Shown here piece after piece: positions 10,237-19,815 of a DNA stretch of 34,606 nt. How positions within the stretch are numbered: the first letter of the stretch is position 1; each line of letters starts with the position of its first letter. A program made the translations under genes and the position numbers. The notes beneath the pieces were generated by a model. It was given only the letters and a program-made list of their open reading frames with translations. It did not search any database and was not told the origin of the DNA. Source of the stretch: an uncultured bacterium (GTDB taxonomy: Bacteria; Chloroflexota; UBA5177; JANWHV01); NCBI GenBank assembly GCA_963827235.1, contig CAWHAE010000002.1, positions 1 to 34,606 of the forward strand, written 5' to 3'.

Positions 10237-11493
10237 ATGATGCCGTGCTCGCGCGTGTGCTCTGATCCGGATCTGGATGCGTGTCTGGTGTCGCCCGAGA
10301 TCATGCTCGACCCGTACCCGATCTATCGCCGGCTGCGCGAGGAGGCGCCAATCTTCTGGAGCCAGAAGTGGAACGCCTGGGTTCTTAGCCGCTACGATGA
10401 CGTGGCCGCCTCGTTGCGGGACAAAGAGAATCTGTCCAACGAAAACCGGCAGGCCCTGCTATTCAGCGAGTTGACTGAGAGCGAACGGCAGGACCTTGCG
10501 CCTCTGCAGCACTACTTTGCGCAGAAAGACGTGATTGGATCGGACCCGCCGGATCACACGCGAATGCGCGGGCTGGTGCAAAAAGCATTCACGCCAAAAG
10601 TGATCGCGTCGCTCGAGCCGCGGATCCGCAACCTGGCCCAAGACTTGTTGGAGCAAGCGATGCGGTCGGGGCCGAGTTTCGACTTCGTCGCACAGATCGC
10701 CCATCCAATGCCCGTCATTCTCATAGCCGAGCTTCTCGGCGCCCCGGCACAGGATCGCCCGTTGTTCAAGCGTTGGTCAGCCGACATTCTTGGGTTCCAG
10801 GGCACTGGCCGGACGACCTACGCCGCGGCCGTGACGTCGCAGGCCAGCCTGCTGGCCATGTTCGCGTACATGAATCGACTGATCGATCGGCGGCGCGTCC
10901 AGCCGCAAGATGACCTGATCACTGCGCTTGCACAAGCGGAGGTCGGTGGCCAGCAGTTCACGCGCGCCGAGTTGCTGGCCACCTGCAATACCATCCTGAC
11001 GGCTGGACACGAGACGACCACAAACCTTCTTGGTAATCTCTTGCACCTGCTGATGGCACATCCGGCGCAGTGGGAGCACCTGCGTGCCGATCACAGCCTC
11101 CTGCCCGGCGCAATCGAAGAAGCATTGCGTTTTGACGCGCCAAAGCAGCGGAACTTTCGCAGAGTGCGCCAGACACACGTCGTGGGTGGAGTTACCTTCA
11201 GCGAGAACGAGATGGTGTTCCAATTGATCGGCGCCGCGAATCGCGATCCGCTGCAGTTCGCCCGCGCCGATACGTTTGATATTACTCGCGGCCGGCAAAA
11301 CAGCCATCTCTCATTCGGTGCAGGGATTCACTTCTGCTTGGGAGCACCCCTAGCGCGAACCGAAGCAACGGCGGTGCTTGAAGCCGTCCTCGAGCGTGTG
11401 CCCAGGGCGCGGCTGGGGCCTGGGCCGGTGCGCTGGCAGGCGCGCGTACAATTCCGGGGACCGGCGGAACTGTGGATTGCGACCGGCGCGTGA
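10237..11493 (+). CDS. Cytochrome P450
   Basis: DPYPIY, DPPDHTRMR, I-helix AGHETT, ExxR (EEALR), AANRDP and heme motif FGAGIHFCLG. The start is uncertain; GGAG precedes ATG 10237/10240. Confidence 0.95.
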   Translation: MMPCSRVCSDPDLDACLVSPEIMLDPYPIYRRLREEAPIFWSQKWNAWVLSRYDDVAASLRDKENLSNENRQALLFSELTESERQDLAPLQHYFAQKDVIGSDPPDHTRMRGLVQKAFTPKVIASLEPRIRNLAQDLLEQAMRSGPSFDFVAQIAHPMPVILIAELLGAPAQDRPLFKRWSADILGFQGTGRTTYAAAVTSQASLLAMFAYMNRLIDRRRVQPQDDLITALAQAEVGGQQFTRAELLATCNTILTAGHETTTNLLGNLLHLLMAHPAQWEHLRADHSLLPGAIEEALRFDAPKQRNFRRVRQTHVVGGVTFSENEMVFQLIGAANRDPLQFARADTFDITRGRQNSHLSFGAGIHFCLGAPLARTEATAVLEAVLERVPRARLGPGPVRWQARVQFRGPAELWIATGA

Positions 11494-11527
11494 CCTGCGC
11501 AACTGGAGACCACGGCGGCCCATTTAG

Positions 11528-11556
11528 TTGACTCGTCAATAGATGCGCGGTAAGAT
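11528..11556 (+). promoter_or_regulatory. Sigma70 promoter with an overlapping palindrome (probable MarR auto-operator); leaderless transcript predicted
   Basis: TTGACT-17 bp-TAAGAT, inverted repeat TTGAC-tc-GTCAA at 11528-11539, and an ATG at 11563 at the expected +1. Confidence 0.7.
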
Positions 11557-11562
11557 ATTTGC

Positions 11563-11720
11563 ATGGAACGACACGACTGATCGACGACCGGCGTATCACC
11601 GCGTTCGGTCGTCTGCTCAAGAGTCATGCCCTCCTCGCCCGGCGGCTCGACAACGATCTGCAAGAGGCCGTGGGCATGCCGCTGCTGTGGTACGGAGTCC
11701 TCTTGCTCATCGGCCGGAGC
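11563..11720 (+). pseudogene. MarR-family regulator N-terminal fragment, frameshifted and truncated
   Basis: IDDRRITAFGRLLKSHALLARRLDNDLQEAVGMPLLWYGVLLLIGRS resembles MarR helices 1-2. The winged helix is absent, and similarity ends at the stop codon of the convergent permease. Confidence 0.7.
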
Positions 11721-11721
11721 T

Positions 11722-12657
11722 CTACCCCTTTTCCGCTCCGCTCAGGGTGCCTGCAATGACGAAGCGTTGCGCGAACACGAAGATGAGAGCGACGGGCAGC
11801 ACCACGAAGAGCCCGGCGAGAGCAATCTCCGGCCGGTAGATGTTCAGCCCGGTTCCGGAGCCGACGGCAGGATTGAGAGCCGAGGTCGATTGGATCAACG
11901 ACATCAACCCCACGGTCAACGGGTACTTGGTGTCGTCGGCCAGCATCACGTACGGCAGGTAGAAGTTCTGCCAGTTGAACGTGAAGGAGAAGAACGCCAC
12001 CATCGAGACTATGGGCTTGGCCAGGGGCAGGGCGATCGACCAGAAGAGCCGCGCCTCGGAGCAGCCGTCGATGCGGCCTGAGGCCAGCAGCTCGGACGGC
12101 AGCTGCGTGGAGAAGTAGATGTAGGCGAGATAGACGCCGAAGGGATAGAAGGCCGACGGCAGGATCACGGACCACGCCGTGTTTTGCAGGTGGGCCGCGT
12201 TGATCTCCAGGAACACGGGCAGCACCAACGCCGCGGCCGGCATGATCATGGCGACCAAGGTAAGCAGGAGGAGCGTTGACCGGCCCCGGAACTTCACCGT
12301 ACCGAGGGCGTAGCCCGCAGTCAGGCAGAGTGCCACCACCAAAACCAGCGCACTGGCCGAGTAGACGAACGAGTTCTTCAGCCAGGTCAGCAACTCCCGG
12401 TCGTTGTAGCCCATCAGGTTCGACCAGGCCGTGCCGATATTGCTGAAGGAACCAAAGGAGATCGGGATCCAGTTGACAACCTGCGCGTCGGTCTTGGTGG
12501 GGGCCAGCAGCAACCAGAGCAACGGCAGCCCAAACATCACGGCAAAGGCCAGCAGAATCACGGCCCAGATCCCAGTCACCAGGACCGACACTGGTGCCAC
12601 ACGGCGGCGCCGCCTCATCACGGCAGGCACAGACGCGATCGGCGTACGGTGCAGCAT
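11722..12657 (-). CDS. Carbohydrate ABC transporter permease (MalG-like)
   Basis: Multiple TM segments, AGYAL, EAA-loop variant ELLASGRIDGCSEARLFWSIALPL, and PLTVGL. Confidence 0.93.
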   Translation of the reverse strand: MLHRTPIASVPAVMRRRRRVAPVSVLVTGIWAVILLAFAVMFGLPLLWLLLAPTKTDAQVVNWIPISFGSFSNIGTAWSNLMGYNDRELLTWLKNSFVYSASALVLVVALCLTAGYALGTVKFRGRSTLLLLTLVAMIMPAAALVLPVFLEINAAHLQNTAWSVILPSAFYPFGVYLAYIYFSTQLPSELLASGRIDGCSEARLFWSIALPLAKPIVSMVAFFSFTFNWQNFYLPYVMLADDTKYPLTVGLMSLIQSTSALNPAVGSGTGLNIYRPEIALAGLFVVLPVALIFVFAQRFVIAGTLSGAEKG

Positions 12658-12661
12658 CGGT

Positions 12662-13430
12662 TCAGCTCCCTTCGGCGTCGATGCGATAGAAGCTGGTCTT
12701 GAAGATCACCAGTAGCGCGGCAACCAGGCCGACCACGAGCAGACCGACGGAGACTGCTGCCGACTTGCCGAAGTTGTCGTCGTTGAAGGCGTACGAGTAC
12801 GCGAGCTGGTTGAGCGACCAGACCGGGCTGACCTGCTGCTGCGTGGCGCCCCACAGAATCTGCGGCTCGGCGAAGAGCTGCGTGCCGCCGGCAAAACTCA
12901 GGATGAAGATGAAGACGATGTAGCGGGCGAGATTAGGGAGCTTGATGAACAGGGCGACCTGGATCCGGTTGCACCCGTCGACCGTGGCGGCCTCGAGCAT
13001 CTCGGTCGAGATACTATTGAGCCCGCCGTACATGATCACGACCCATCCGCCCACGGCAGCCATGAGCACCATGACCGCTATGGCCTGCGGCAGGTAGTTC
13101 GTCAGCACCGCGTCGCGCGTGGAGAGACCCAGCCCTCTGAGCAGCCAGGAGAACGGGCTTACGTCCGGAGAGAGCATGAACAGCCAGACAAGCGCGGCCG
13201 CGGCGCCCGTGACCGCCCCCGGCAAGTAGTAGATCATGCGCATCGCGGCGGAGTAACGGCCCGGGTGCGCGTGTAGCATCAAGGCCAGAAACAGCACCAG
13301 CACGATGAGCGTAGGCAAGCAGTACGCCATGTACGTCAGCACGTCCATGGCAGCGTCGCCCAGCCGGAAGTCGTTCCAAATCGCAGAGTAGTTGGCGCCG
13401 CCGGTGATGAACCCGGTGCTCGGCTTGGCA
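12662..13430 (-). pseudogene. Carbohydrate ABC transporter permease (MalF-like), 5'-truncated
   Basis: YYLPGAV, EAATVDGC, FAEPQIL, FGKSAAVS. No first TM helix or RBS/start in any minus frame upstream of about 13430. Confidence 0.75.
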
Positions 13431-13439
13431 CGCGTTGGG

Positions 13440-13565
13440 CTCGCAGCCCGGCATCCGCGCACGGGCACGCACTCTCTACGCAATCGCAGCGCAAGAGCTG
13501 GCCCGATCCGGGCTCCGCCCGTTGCGCGCCTGGCTGCTCCGCGCAAACCTACGAGCGTTTGAAGG
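13440..13565 (+). pseudogene. Possible GNAT acetyltransferase C-terminal remnant
   Basis: ARTLYAIAAQELARSGLRPLRAWLLRANLRA loosely resembles the GNAT helix / beta-strand WVLxxN segment. Weak similarity judged by eye. Confidence 0.3.
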
Positions 13566-13782
13566 TTCTCCGCAGAGTACAGCGATCTCAGTTGCGGACG
13601 AGCAATGCAAAACACGGCTAGCGCGGGCCAAGCGGCTCCGGGCTATGAGCGATAGCTAGTTGCCTCTGCGAACGGCGGCGCGCTTGTTCAGATACTACCG
13701 GCCGACACACCCGGTCTGGGCATTCCAGCGGCCGGTCGTACAAAGTCAACCACAGGGGTATGGGAAGGAGGCGTGAAGAACC

Positions 13783-15192
13783 ATGGTCCAACAGGCTACG
13801 AAACCGTTCACCTTTGACGAGACGACGGTGCAGCCGCTGCGGGCGAGTCTGCGCGGCACCGTGCTCCTGGCGGGCTCCGAGGGCTACGAACAGGCGCGCC
13901 AGGTCTATAATGCCATGATCGACAAGCGCCCGGGCGCGATCGCGCGCTGTGCCGACGTGGCGGATGTGATCGCGGCGGTCAACTTCGCGCGCGAGCACGG
14001 GCTGACGCTGGCCATTCGCGGCGGCGGACACAACGGCGGTGGCCTGGGCACCTGCGAGGGCGGGCTGGTGATCGACCTCTCGCTGCTGAAGGGCACGCGC
14101 GCGGACCCGGAGGCCCGGACGGTGCGGGTGGCCGGCGGCTGCACCTGGGGCGAGGTCGACCATGCGACCCATGCCTTCGGGCTGGCCACGCCCAGCGGCG
14201 TCATCTCCACCACCGGGGTGGGCGGTCTCACGCTGGGCGGCGGCATCGGGCACCTGACGCGCGCCTGCGGCCTGACCATCGACCACCTGCTGGAAGTGGA
14301 TATGGTGCTGGCCGACGGCCGCTTTGTCACCGCCAATTCCGCCAAGCATAGCGACCTGTTCTGGGCGGTGCGAGGGGGCGGGGGCAACTTCGGCGTGGTC
14401 ACCTCCTTCCTGTTCCGGCTGGACCCGATCAGCATGGTGTACGGCGGGCCGATGCTGTGGCACCTGGACAAGGCCGAGGCGGCGATGCGCTGGTATCGCG
14501 ACTTCATCAAGCAGGCGCCGGACGAGCTAAACGGCTTCTTCGCCTTCCTCAACGTGCCGCCCGGCCCGCCCTTCCCGGAGCACCTTCACGGCAAGACCAT
14601 GTGCGGCATCGTCTGGTGCTACACCGGTCCCCTGGACCAGGCCGACGAGACCTTCGCTCCCATCCGGAGCAAGTTCGGCGGCCCCGACCTCGACTTCGTG
14701 GGTCCGCTGCCGCAACCGGCCTTGCAGACCCTGTTCGATCCGCTGCTCCCGCCCGGTTTGCAATGGTACTGGCGGGCGGACTTCGTCAAAGACCTGCCGG
14801 ACGAGGCGATAGCGCGACACATCGAGCACGGCTCAGCGCTCCCCACGCTGCTGTCCACGGTACATCTCTACCCGGTGAACGGGGCGGCGGGGCGGGTAGA
14901 CCAGCACGCCACGGCCTGGAGCTATCGCGATGCCACCTGGGCGGAGGTGATCGTGGGCATCGACCCCGACCCGGCCAACGCCGCGAAGATCAAGGACTGG
15001 ACCATCGCCTACTGGGAGGCACTGCATCCCTACTCCATGGGCGGCGCTTACGTGAACTTCATGATGGACGAGGGGCAGGAGCGGGTGGAGGCGACCTATC
15101 GCGACAACTACGCGCGCCTGGCCACGGTCAAGAAGCGGTACGACCCGACCAACCTCTTCCATGTCAATCAGAACATCAGACCGGCGGGCTGA
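13783..15192 (+). CDS. FAD-binding oxidoreductase, berberine-bridge-enzyme/VAO-like family
   Basis: RGGGHN (candidate covalent-FAD His), TGVGGLTLGGG, DLFWAVRGGGGNFGVVT, AYVNF, KKRYDPTNLFHVNQNI. RBS AAGGAGG. Confidence 0.95.
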   Translation: MVQQATKPFTFDETTVQPLRASLRGTVLLAGSEGYEQARQVYNAMIDKRPGAIARCADVADVIAAVNFAREHGLTLAIRGGGHNGGGLGTCEGGLVIDLSLLKGTRADPEARTVRVAGGCTWGEVDHATHAFGLATPSGVISTTGVGGLTLGGGIGHLTRACGLTIDHLLEVDMVLADGRFVTANSAKHSDLFWAVRGGGGNFGVVTSFLFRLDPISMVYGGPMLWHLDKAEAAMRWYRDFIKQAPDELNGFFAFLNVPPGPPFPEHLHGKTMCGIVWCYTGPLDQADETFAPIRSKFGGPDLDFVGPLPQPALQTLFDPLLPPGLQWYWRADFVKDLPDEAIARHIEHGSALPTLLSTVHLYPVNGAAGRVDQHATAWSYRDATWAEVIVGIDPDPANAAKIKDWTIAYWEALHPYSMGGAYVNFMMDEGQERVEATYRDNYARLATVKKRYDPTNLFHVNQNIRPAG

Positions 15193-15354
15193 CCAAAGGA
15201 GTGGTCGGCCGATATGCAAGCATGCCGGACCGTCAGGACATGCGAGCGGGGCGGCGCGGCAGGTGGAAAACCGGCAGAACACCGACCCTGCGTCGACCAT
15301 CTGGATGTGAAGCAGCAACTCGGCGTGCATACAGCAGCATGGAGCAGTGCACGA

Positions 15355-15390
15355 CGCATGTGTCGCATGTGTCGCATGTGTCGCATGCGT
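15355..15390. repeat. 9-bp tandem repeat (CGCATGTGT) x4
   Basis: Three perfect copies plus CGCATGCGT, intergenic. Confidence 0.9.
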
Positions 15391-15524
15391 CCAGGCGGCA
15401 CCAGGCGGCCGGCCGCGGCACACGGGGCGACCGGCCGCTGCTGACACACGAGGTCGGCTCCAGGGTCGTTTCGCGGAGGAGCAGAACGCAACTTCAGTCG
15501 GGATAGAGGAGAAGGAGAGCACGG

Positions 15525-15827
15525 ATGTACGGCACAGTGGCACGATTGCGCATCAAGCCCGGAGCGGAAGGCCAGTTCCTCGAAATGAACCGCGGATTTG
15601 AGGCGCCGAAAGGGGTCGTCGCACAATACCTGTATCGCATGGATGCTGATCCGACAGACTACTACCTCACGGTGGTCTTCGAGAGCAAGGAGGCGTATGT
15701 CGCGAACGCGGAGAGACCGGAGATGCACGCCTTCTACCTGCGGTATCGGGAGTTGCTCACGGCGGAGCCCGAATGGCACGACGGCACGATCGTCGAAACG
15801 CGCACCCGGGGTGATGCCGGCGGATGA
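15525..15827 (+). CDS. Small dimeric alpha/beta-barrel (antibiotic biosynthesis monooxygenase-like) protein
   Basis: Strong RBS GAGGAGAAGGAG; ARLRIKPG, VVFESKEAY and EPEWHDG pattern; 100 aa. Confidence 0.75.
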   Translation: MYGTVARLRIKPGAEGQFLEMNRGFEAPKGVVAQYLYRMDADPTDYYLTVVFESKEAYVANAERPEMHAFYLRYRELLTAEPEWHDGTIVETRTRGDAGG

Positions 15828-16122
15828 CCCGTCGAGGCGGTCGCTTGGCGCACTGGTTCTGGCCAGGGGTCCCGGGGCCGCTTGCGTAAGTCGGGCGGGT
15901 CGGTCCGGATTCCGCTGGATAACGTCTACGACCTCTTCATGACCCGGACGAACAATCCCGGCAGTCGCTAGCTACGTACGGACGAAGTTACACGTCGATC
16001 GCGGCGCGAAGCAGGGGCGCACCGCGAGATTGAGCAGCCGGCCTGCACGGTTTCAGGAGCGGTATGGCGTGGGCACCAACATTGGCTCGGGCTGACGCGA
16101 GGGACATCGGAGCCCGCCGCGT

Positions 16123-17466
16123 TCAGTCGATCAACGCATTCGCCTTCGCCACGCGTCCAAACCAGTGCCCGCTTTCCTTGATGATGCGGCGTTGCGTCGG
16201 GAAGTCAGTGTAGGCGAGGCCAAACCGGCTGCTCGTGCCGAACGCCCACTCGAAGTTGTCCGTGAGCGTCCAGCAGAAGTAGCCTCGCAGCGGCACTCCG
16301 GCATGGATGGCCCTCTGGGCTGCCCGCAGGTGCTCGCGCAGGTACTGGATGCGCAGGGGATCGTGCACGCCGCCCTGGGCAGTGAGCGTGTCGTCGCACG
16401 CGGCGCCATTCTCCGAGATGTAGATGTGCTCGAGCGCGTAGTCGCGCGCGAGCCAGGTGAGCAGGTCGTAGAGCCCGTCGGGATAGATTTCCCAGCCGCG
16501 CGCCGTCACATGGTTCGGATCCCGCTGCGTGACCACGAAGTGGTCGTCGCCGCCCGCCGGGTCGTGATAGACGTTGCGGGAGTAGTAGTTAAGGCCAAGG
16601 AAGTCGATCGGCGCCGCGATCGCGGCCATGTCGTCCGGCGCGATCTCGAGGCTGTCGGCGCCGTAGGCCTGCCAGGCATCCCGCGGATAGCCCCGGCCCA
16701 TAATCGGGTCTAGGAACCAGCGGTTGAACTTGGCGTGCTCGAGTCGCGCCAGGGCGCGATCCGCGCTGCTGTCCATCATCGGGTAGTCGGCGTACATGTT
16801 GAGCGCAATACCCACCTGCGCGCCGGCGGAGCGCAGGCGGATCACCGAGACGGCCAGGCCGTGCGAGACGAGCACGTTGTGGGCGACCTGCAGCGCCAGG
16901 TTGTGGTCGTGGAAGCCCGGCGCGTGCTCGCCGATCTCGTTGCTCAGGAAGGACACGCACCAGGGCTCGTTGTGCGTCATCCAGTGTGTAACGCGATCGC
17001 CCAGGCGGGCGACCACAACGTCGACATAACGCAGATAGGCGTCGATGGTGTCACGGTTGGCCCATCCACCGCCGTCCTGCAAGGCTTGCGGCAGGTCCCA
17101 GTGGTACAGGGTGATGAAGGGGGCGATGCCGGCGGCCAGCAGGGCATCCACGAGACGATCGTAGTAGTCGAGGCCGCGCGCGTTCACGGCGCCGGCGCCG
17201 TCGGGGATGACGCGCGGCCAGGCCACCGAGAAGCGGTAGCCATTCAGGTGCATGGCACGCAGCGCGGCGACGTCGTCGGCATACCGATGATAAGAGTCGC
17301 AGGCGGGCTCGCCTGACTCCCCGGTGAGTATCTTGCCCGGCGTATCCGCGAACCGATCCCAGATCGATTCGCCGCGTCCATCCTCGTGAATCGCTCCTTC
17401 GATCTGGAAGGAGGCGGTAGCGGCGCCCCACACGAAGCCGGGAGGGAACTCGTTCGCAGGCTGCAT
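16123..17466 (-). CDS. GH1 beta-glucosidase
   Basis: FVWGAATASFQIEG, YRFSVAWPR, TLYHWDLP, NEP (acid/base), ISENG (nucleophile), DNFEWA. RBS AAAGGA. Confidence 0.96.
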   Translation of the reverse strand: MQPANEFPPGFVWGAATASFQIEGAIHEDGRGESIWDRFADTPGKILTGESGEPACDSYHRYADDVAALRAMHLNGYRFSVAWPRVIPDGAGAVNARGLDYYDRLVDALLAAGIAPFITLYHWDLPQALQDGGGWANRDTIDAYLRYVDVVVARLGDRVTHWMTHNEPWCVSFLSNEIGEHAPGFHDHNLALQVAHNVLVSHGLAVSVIRLRSAGAQVGIALNMYADYPMMDSSADRALARLEHAKFNRWFLDPIMGRGYPRDAWQAYGADSLEIAPDDMAAIAAPIDFLGLNYYSRNVYHDPAGGDDHFVVTQRDPNHVTARGWEIYPDGLYDLLTWLARDYALEHIYISENGAACDDTLTAQGGVHDPLRIQYLREHLRAAQRAIHAGVPLRGYFCWTLTDNFEWAFGTSSRFGLAYTDFPTQRRIIKESGHWFGRVAKANALID

Positions 17467-17558
17467 GACTCATCCTTTCGCTTTGCGGGCCACCGCGTCG
17501 CCACATCCCGCCCACCTTCACGCTGAGGCGGCGGGCGGCAAACGGTGGCCGATTGTTC

Positions 17559-18059
17559 TCAAGCCTGACCCTCAGGCCAGCTTACTCGCGCGGCGGCCTG
17601 GGGCGACTCGGGAGTGATCTGCATCAGCTCGATGCGGTTGCCATCCGGATCGGCTATCCAATACTGGAAATTGTGGTCCTGTCCTTGCGACGGTCTGCCG
17701 ATCCTGTCGGTCGCCACGCCGCGCGCCGTCCACGTACGCAGGGTGGCTTCGATGTCGTCGACTGTCAGCGAGACATGGTGATAGCTGTTCCCGGTGCTCT
17801 TCGAGAGATCGACGGACATATCCAGTGAGAAGCGGCCCTCGCCCGTGCCGAGCTGAGCGGAAGTCCCCACTGGCGCGCCGACCGGGAACAGCTCGATGAA
17901 GGCGGTCGGCGCCACCTGGATATAGACGATCCAGGGCGAGGGCATACCCTCTCTGTCCAGGCGGAATGCCTCACGGAAGCCCAGCTTAGTGCAGTAGAAG
18001 TCGAGCGAGCGCTCGAGATTCGCGATGTGGAAGGCTACGTGCCCGATACCCGTTACCAT
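17559..18059 (-). CDS. VOC (glyoxalase-like) metalloprotein
   Basis: GIGHVAF, SLDFY, IELF, YHHVSL and DPDGNRIELM give an H/E/H/E ligand set. RBS GGAGGAG precedes ATG 18059. Confidence 0.9.
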   Translation of the reverse strand: MVTGIGHVAFHIANLERSLDFYCTKLGFREAFRLDREGMPSPWIVYIQVAPTAFIELFPVGAPVGTSAQLGTGEGRFSLDMSVDLSKSTGNSYHHVSLTVDDIEATLRTWTARGVATDRIGRPSQGQDHNFQYWIADPDGNRIELMQITPESPQAAARVSWPEGQA

Positions 18060-18110
18060 TAGATTCTCCTCCATCTCCTTGAAGAAAGTTAGTTTCTCGA
18101 CATGCCCGTC

Positions 18111-18566
18111 TTAGTCGTCCTCAAGCAACTCCAGATAGACGCCAAGCTCCCCTTCGCTGTCGGCATAGGCGTAGCGCCCACCGGGATATTCGCCGCGCTG
18201 GACCAACGGGTAGCCCGTCTCGGCCAGGTGGGCCAGCTTCCCCTGCATGCCCTCGATGCGGAAGGCGATGTGGTGCACGCTGTTGCCGTGCTTGACCAAC
18301 TGGTCGTGCCAGGTAGTCGGCTGCCCGAGCGGTTCCATGAGTTCGAGATCCAGGTTTCCCAAATGGAACACGGCTTGCTTGATGCGGCCCGAGGTGCGCT
18401 TGCCATGGTACTCCGTCTCAGCTTCCTCCACCGGCGGTGACAGATAGATCTCGGGCACGGGCAGCCCGAGCACCGCCGCCCACGCCTTCGCCGCTGCTTC
18501 CACGTCGCGCACGCTGATGGCAATCTGTGCAACCGTGGTTGTGCCTAGCGCTTGCTCGGAACTCAC
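18111..18566 (-). CDS. VOC family protein (methylmalonyl-CoA-epimerase-like)
   Basis: QIAISVRD, LELMEP, VHHIAF, LELLE. RBS AAGGGAG. Confidence 0.88.
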   Translation of the reverse strand: MSSEQALGTTTVAQIAISVRDVEAAAKAWAAVLGLPVPEIYLSPPVEEAETEYHGKRTSGRIKQAVFHLGNLDLELMEPLGQPTTWHDQLVKHGNSVHHIAFRIEGMQGKLAHLAETGYPLVQRGEYPGGRYAYADSEGELGVYLELLEDD

Positions 18567-18590
18567 TGGATCTCTCCCTTCTACATGCGG

Positions 18591-19548
18591 TCACCCGCAA
18601 CTCCCGACGGTTGTGTCAGGGCCGCCCTGCAATGCCAGGTCAACCAGGTCATCGATCCCGGCTGTCGCGACGTTCATGCAGGTGTCGGCGCCGCCGTAAT
18701 AGAGCTTGAGCGTGCCGTCCGGCTCCGCGAGGGCGCCGTTGGTGAACACGACGTTGCCGACATACCCGACGCGCTCGTGGTACGCCTCCGGCGCCAGAAC
18801 GAAGCGGTGGCTGCGCCCGATGACCTTGCGCGGGTCCGCCAGGTCGTGCACCGCCACGCCGAGCCGGTAGATCTGGCCTGCCATGGTCTGCGTCGTGGCA
18901 TGGTAGATGTTGAGCCAGCCGCGGGGCGTCTTGATCGGCGGGGCGCCAGGGCCGATCTTGTGGTCCTGCCAGATATCGTGCGGATCGGGGAGCATCACGA
19001 GTTGCTGGTTGCCCCAGTGCACCAGGTCGGGCGAGTAGCTGATCCAGATGCCTGCGTTGCCGCTTGACGTGAAGTTGGGTCGCTCAAACCGCACGTACAG
19101 GCCGCGAATCTGCTCCGGGAAGAGCACGCAATTGCGATAGTCGACCGCGGTCGTCAGGGCCACCCGCTCGATGTTCAGGAAATCCCTGGTCCGAGCAAGA
19201 CCGACCTGGAAGCCGTGTGAGGAGTAGCAGCTGTAGAAAATGTAGTAGGTGTCTCCGATCTGCGTGACCCGCGGATCCTCCACGCCTTTGTTCTCGGGTT
19301 CCTTGAAGATTCCCTCGGTGGCCTGGCTGAAAATCGGCTCGGGGTGAACCGCAAAGTTGTAGCCGTCATCGCTGGTGGCCAGTCCGAACACGGATCGGCC
19401 GTCCATGCGGCCGCAGCGCAGAACTAGCACATAGCTGACCCTGGTAACGAGCGACGCCAGCATTATACACCGTCTCACACTGGTAGGGCATGTCCTTGGA
19501 ACTGATGATCGGGTTTCCCGCATACTTCGTGAAGACAGTCTCAGTCAT
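18591..19548 (-). CDS. GH130 beta-mannoside phosphorylase-like protein (one frameshift near 19435)
   Basis: KYAGNPII...VYNAGV lies in one frame. EDPRV, RNCVLFPE, KIGPGAPP, IYHA and NVVFTNG lie in the next. Confidence 0.88.
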
Positions 19549-19815
19549 CTCGTTCTGCTTCTCCTGCGCTTATGCTTGCACGCCGAGCTGATAACAGGGC
19601 CCACAACGTGTGCACGCCGGACATTCCTTTAAGAGATGTGTGTTCCCTGGTGGCCAAGCGCAGCGTCCCAGCAGTGCCAGCATGGAAGCGAATCCCCCTC
19701 TCAAGTCGCCTCCTCGGAGACTGTCTTCGCGACGCCACCCTCAGGAACGGCGTCGCCGTGAGGCTGCGCCCCCTGTGTCATCCCTCCTCCTTTGCACTGG
19801 CTTCCTGCGCACCTG

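Noticed and set aside
15355-15390. CRISPR array or Cys-rich RiPP/ferredoxin precursor
   Set aside because: The unit is 9 bp with no spacers, the Cys pattern is a by-product of the repeat, and no cas or modifying enzymes are nearby.
10237-15827. Secondary-metabolite cluster (P450 + BBE-like oxidase + ABM-like protein)
   Set aside because: There is no scaffold-forming enzyme, and the genes are separated by unrelated fragments.
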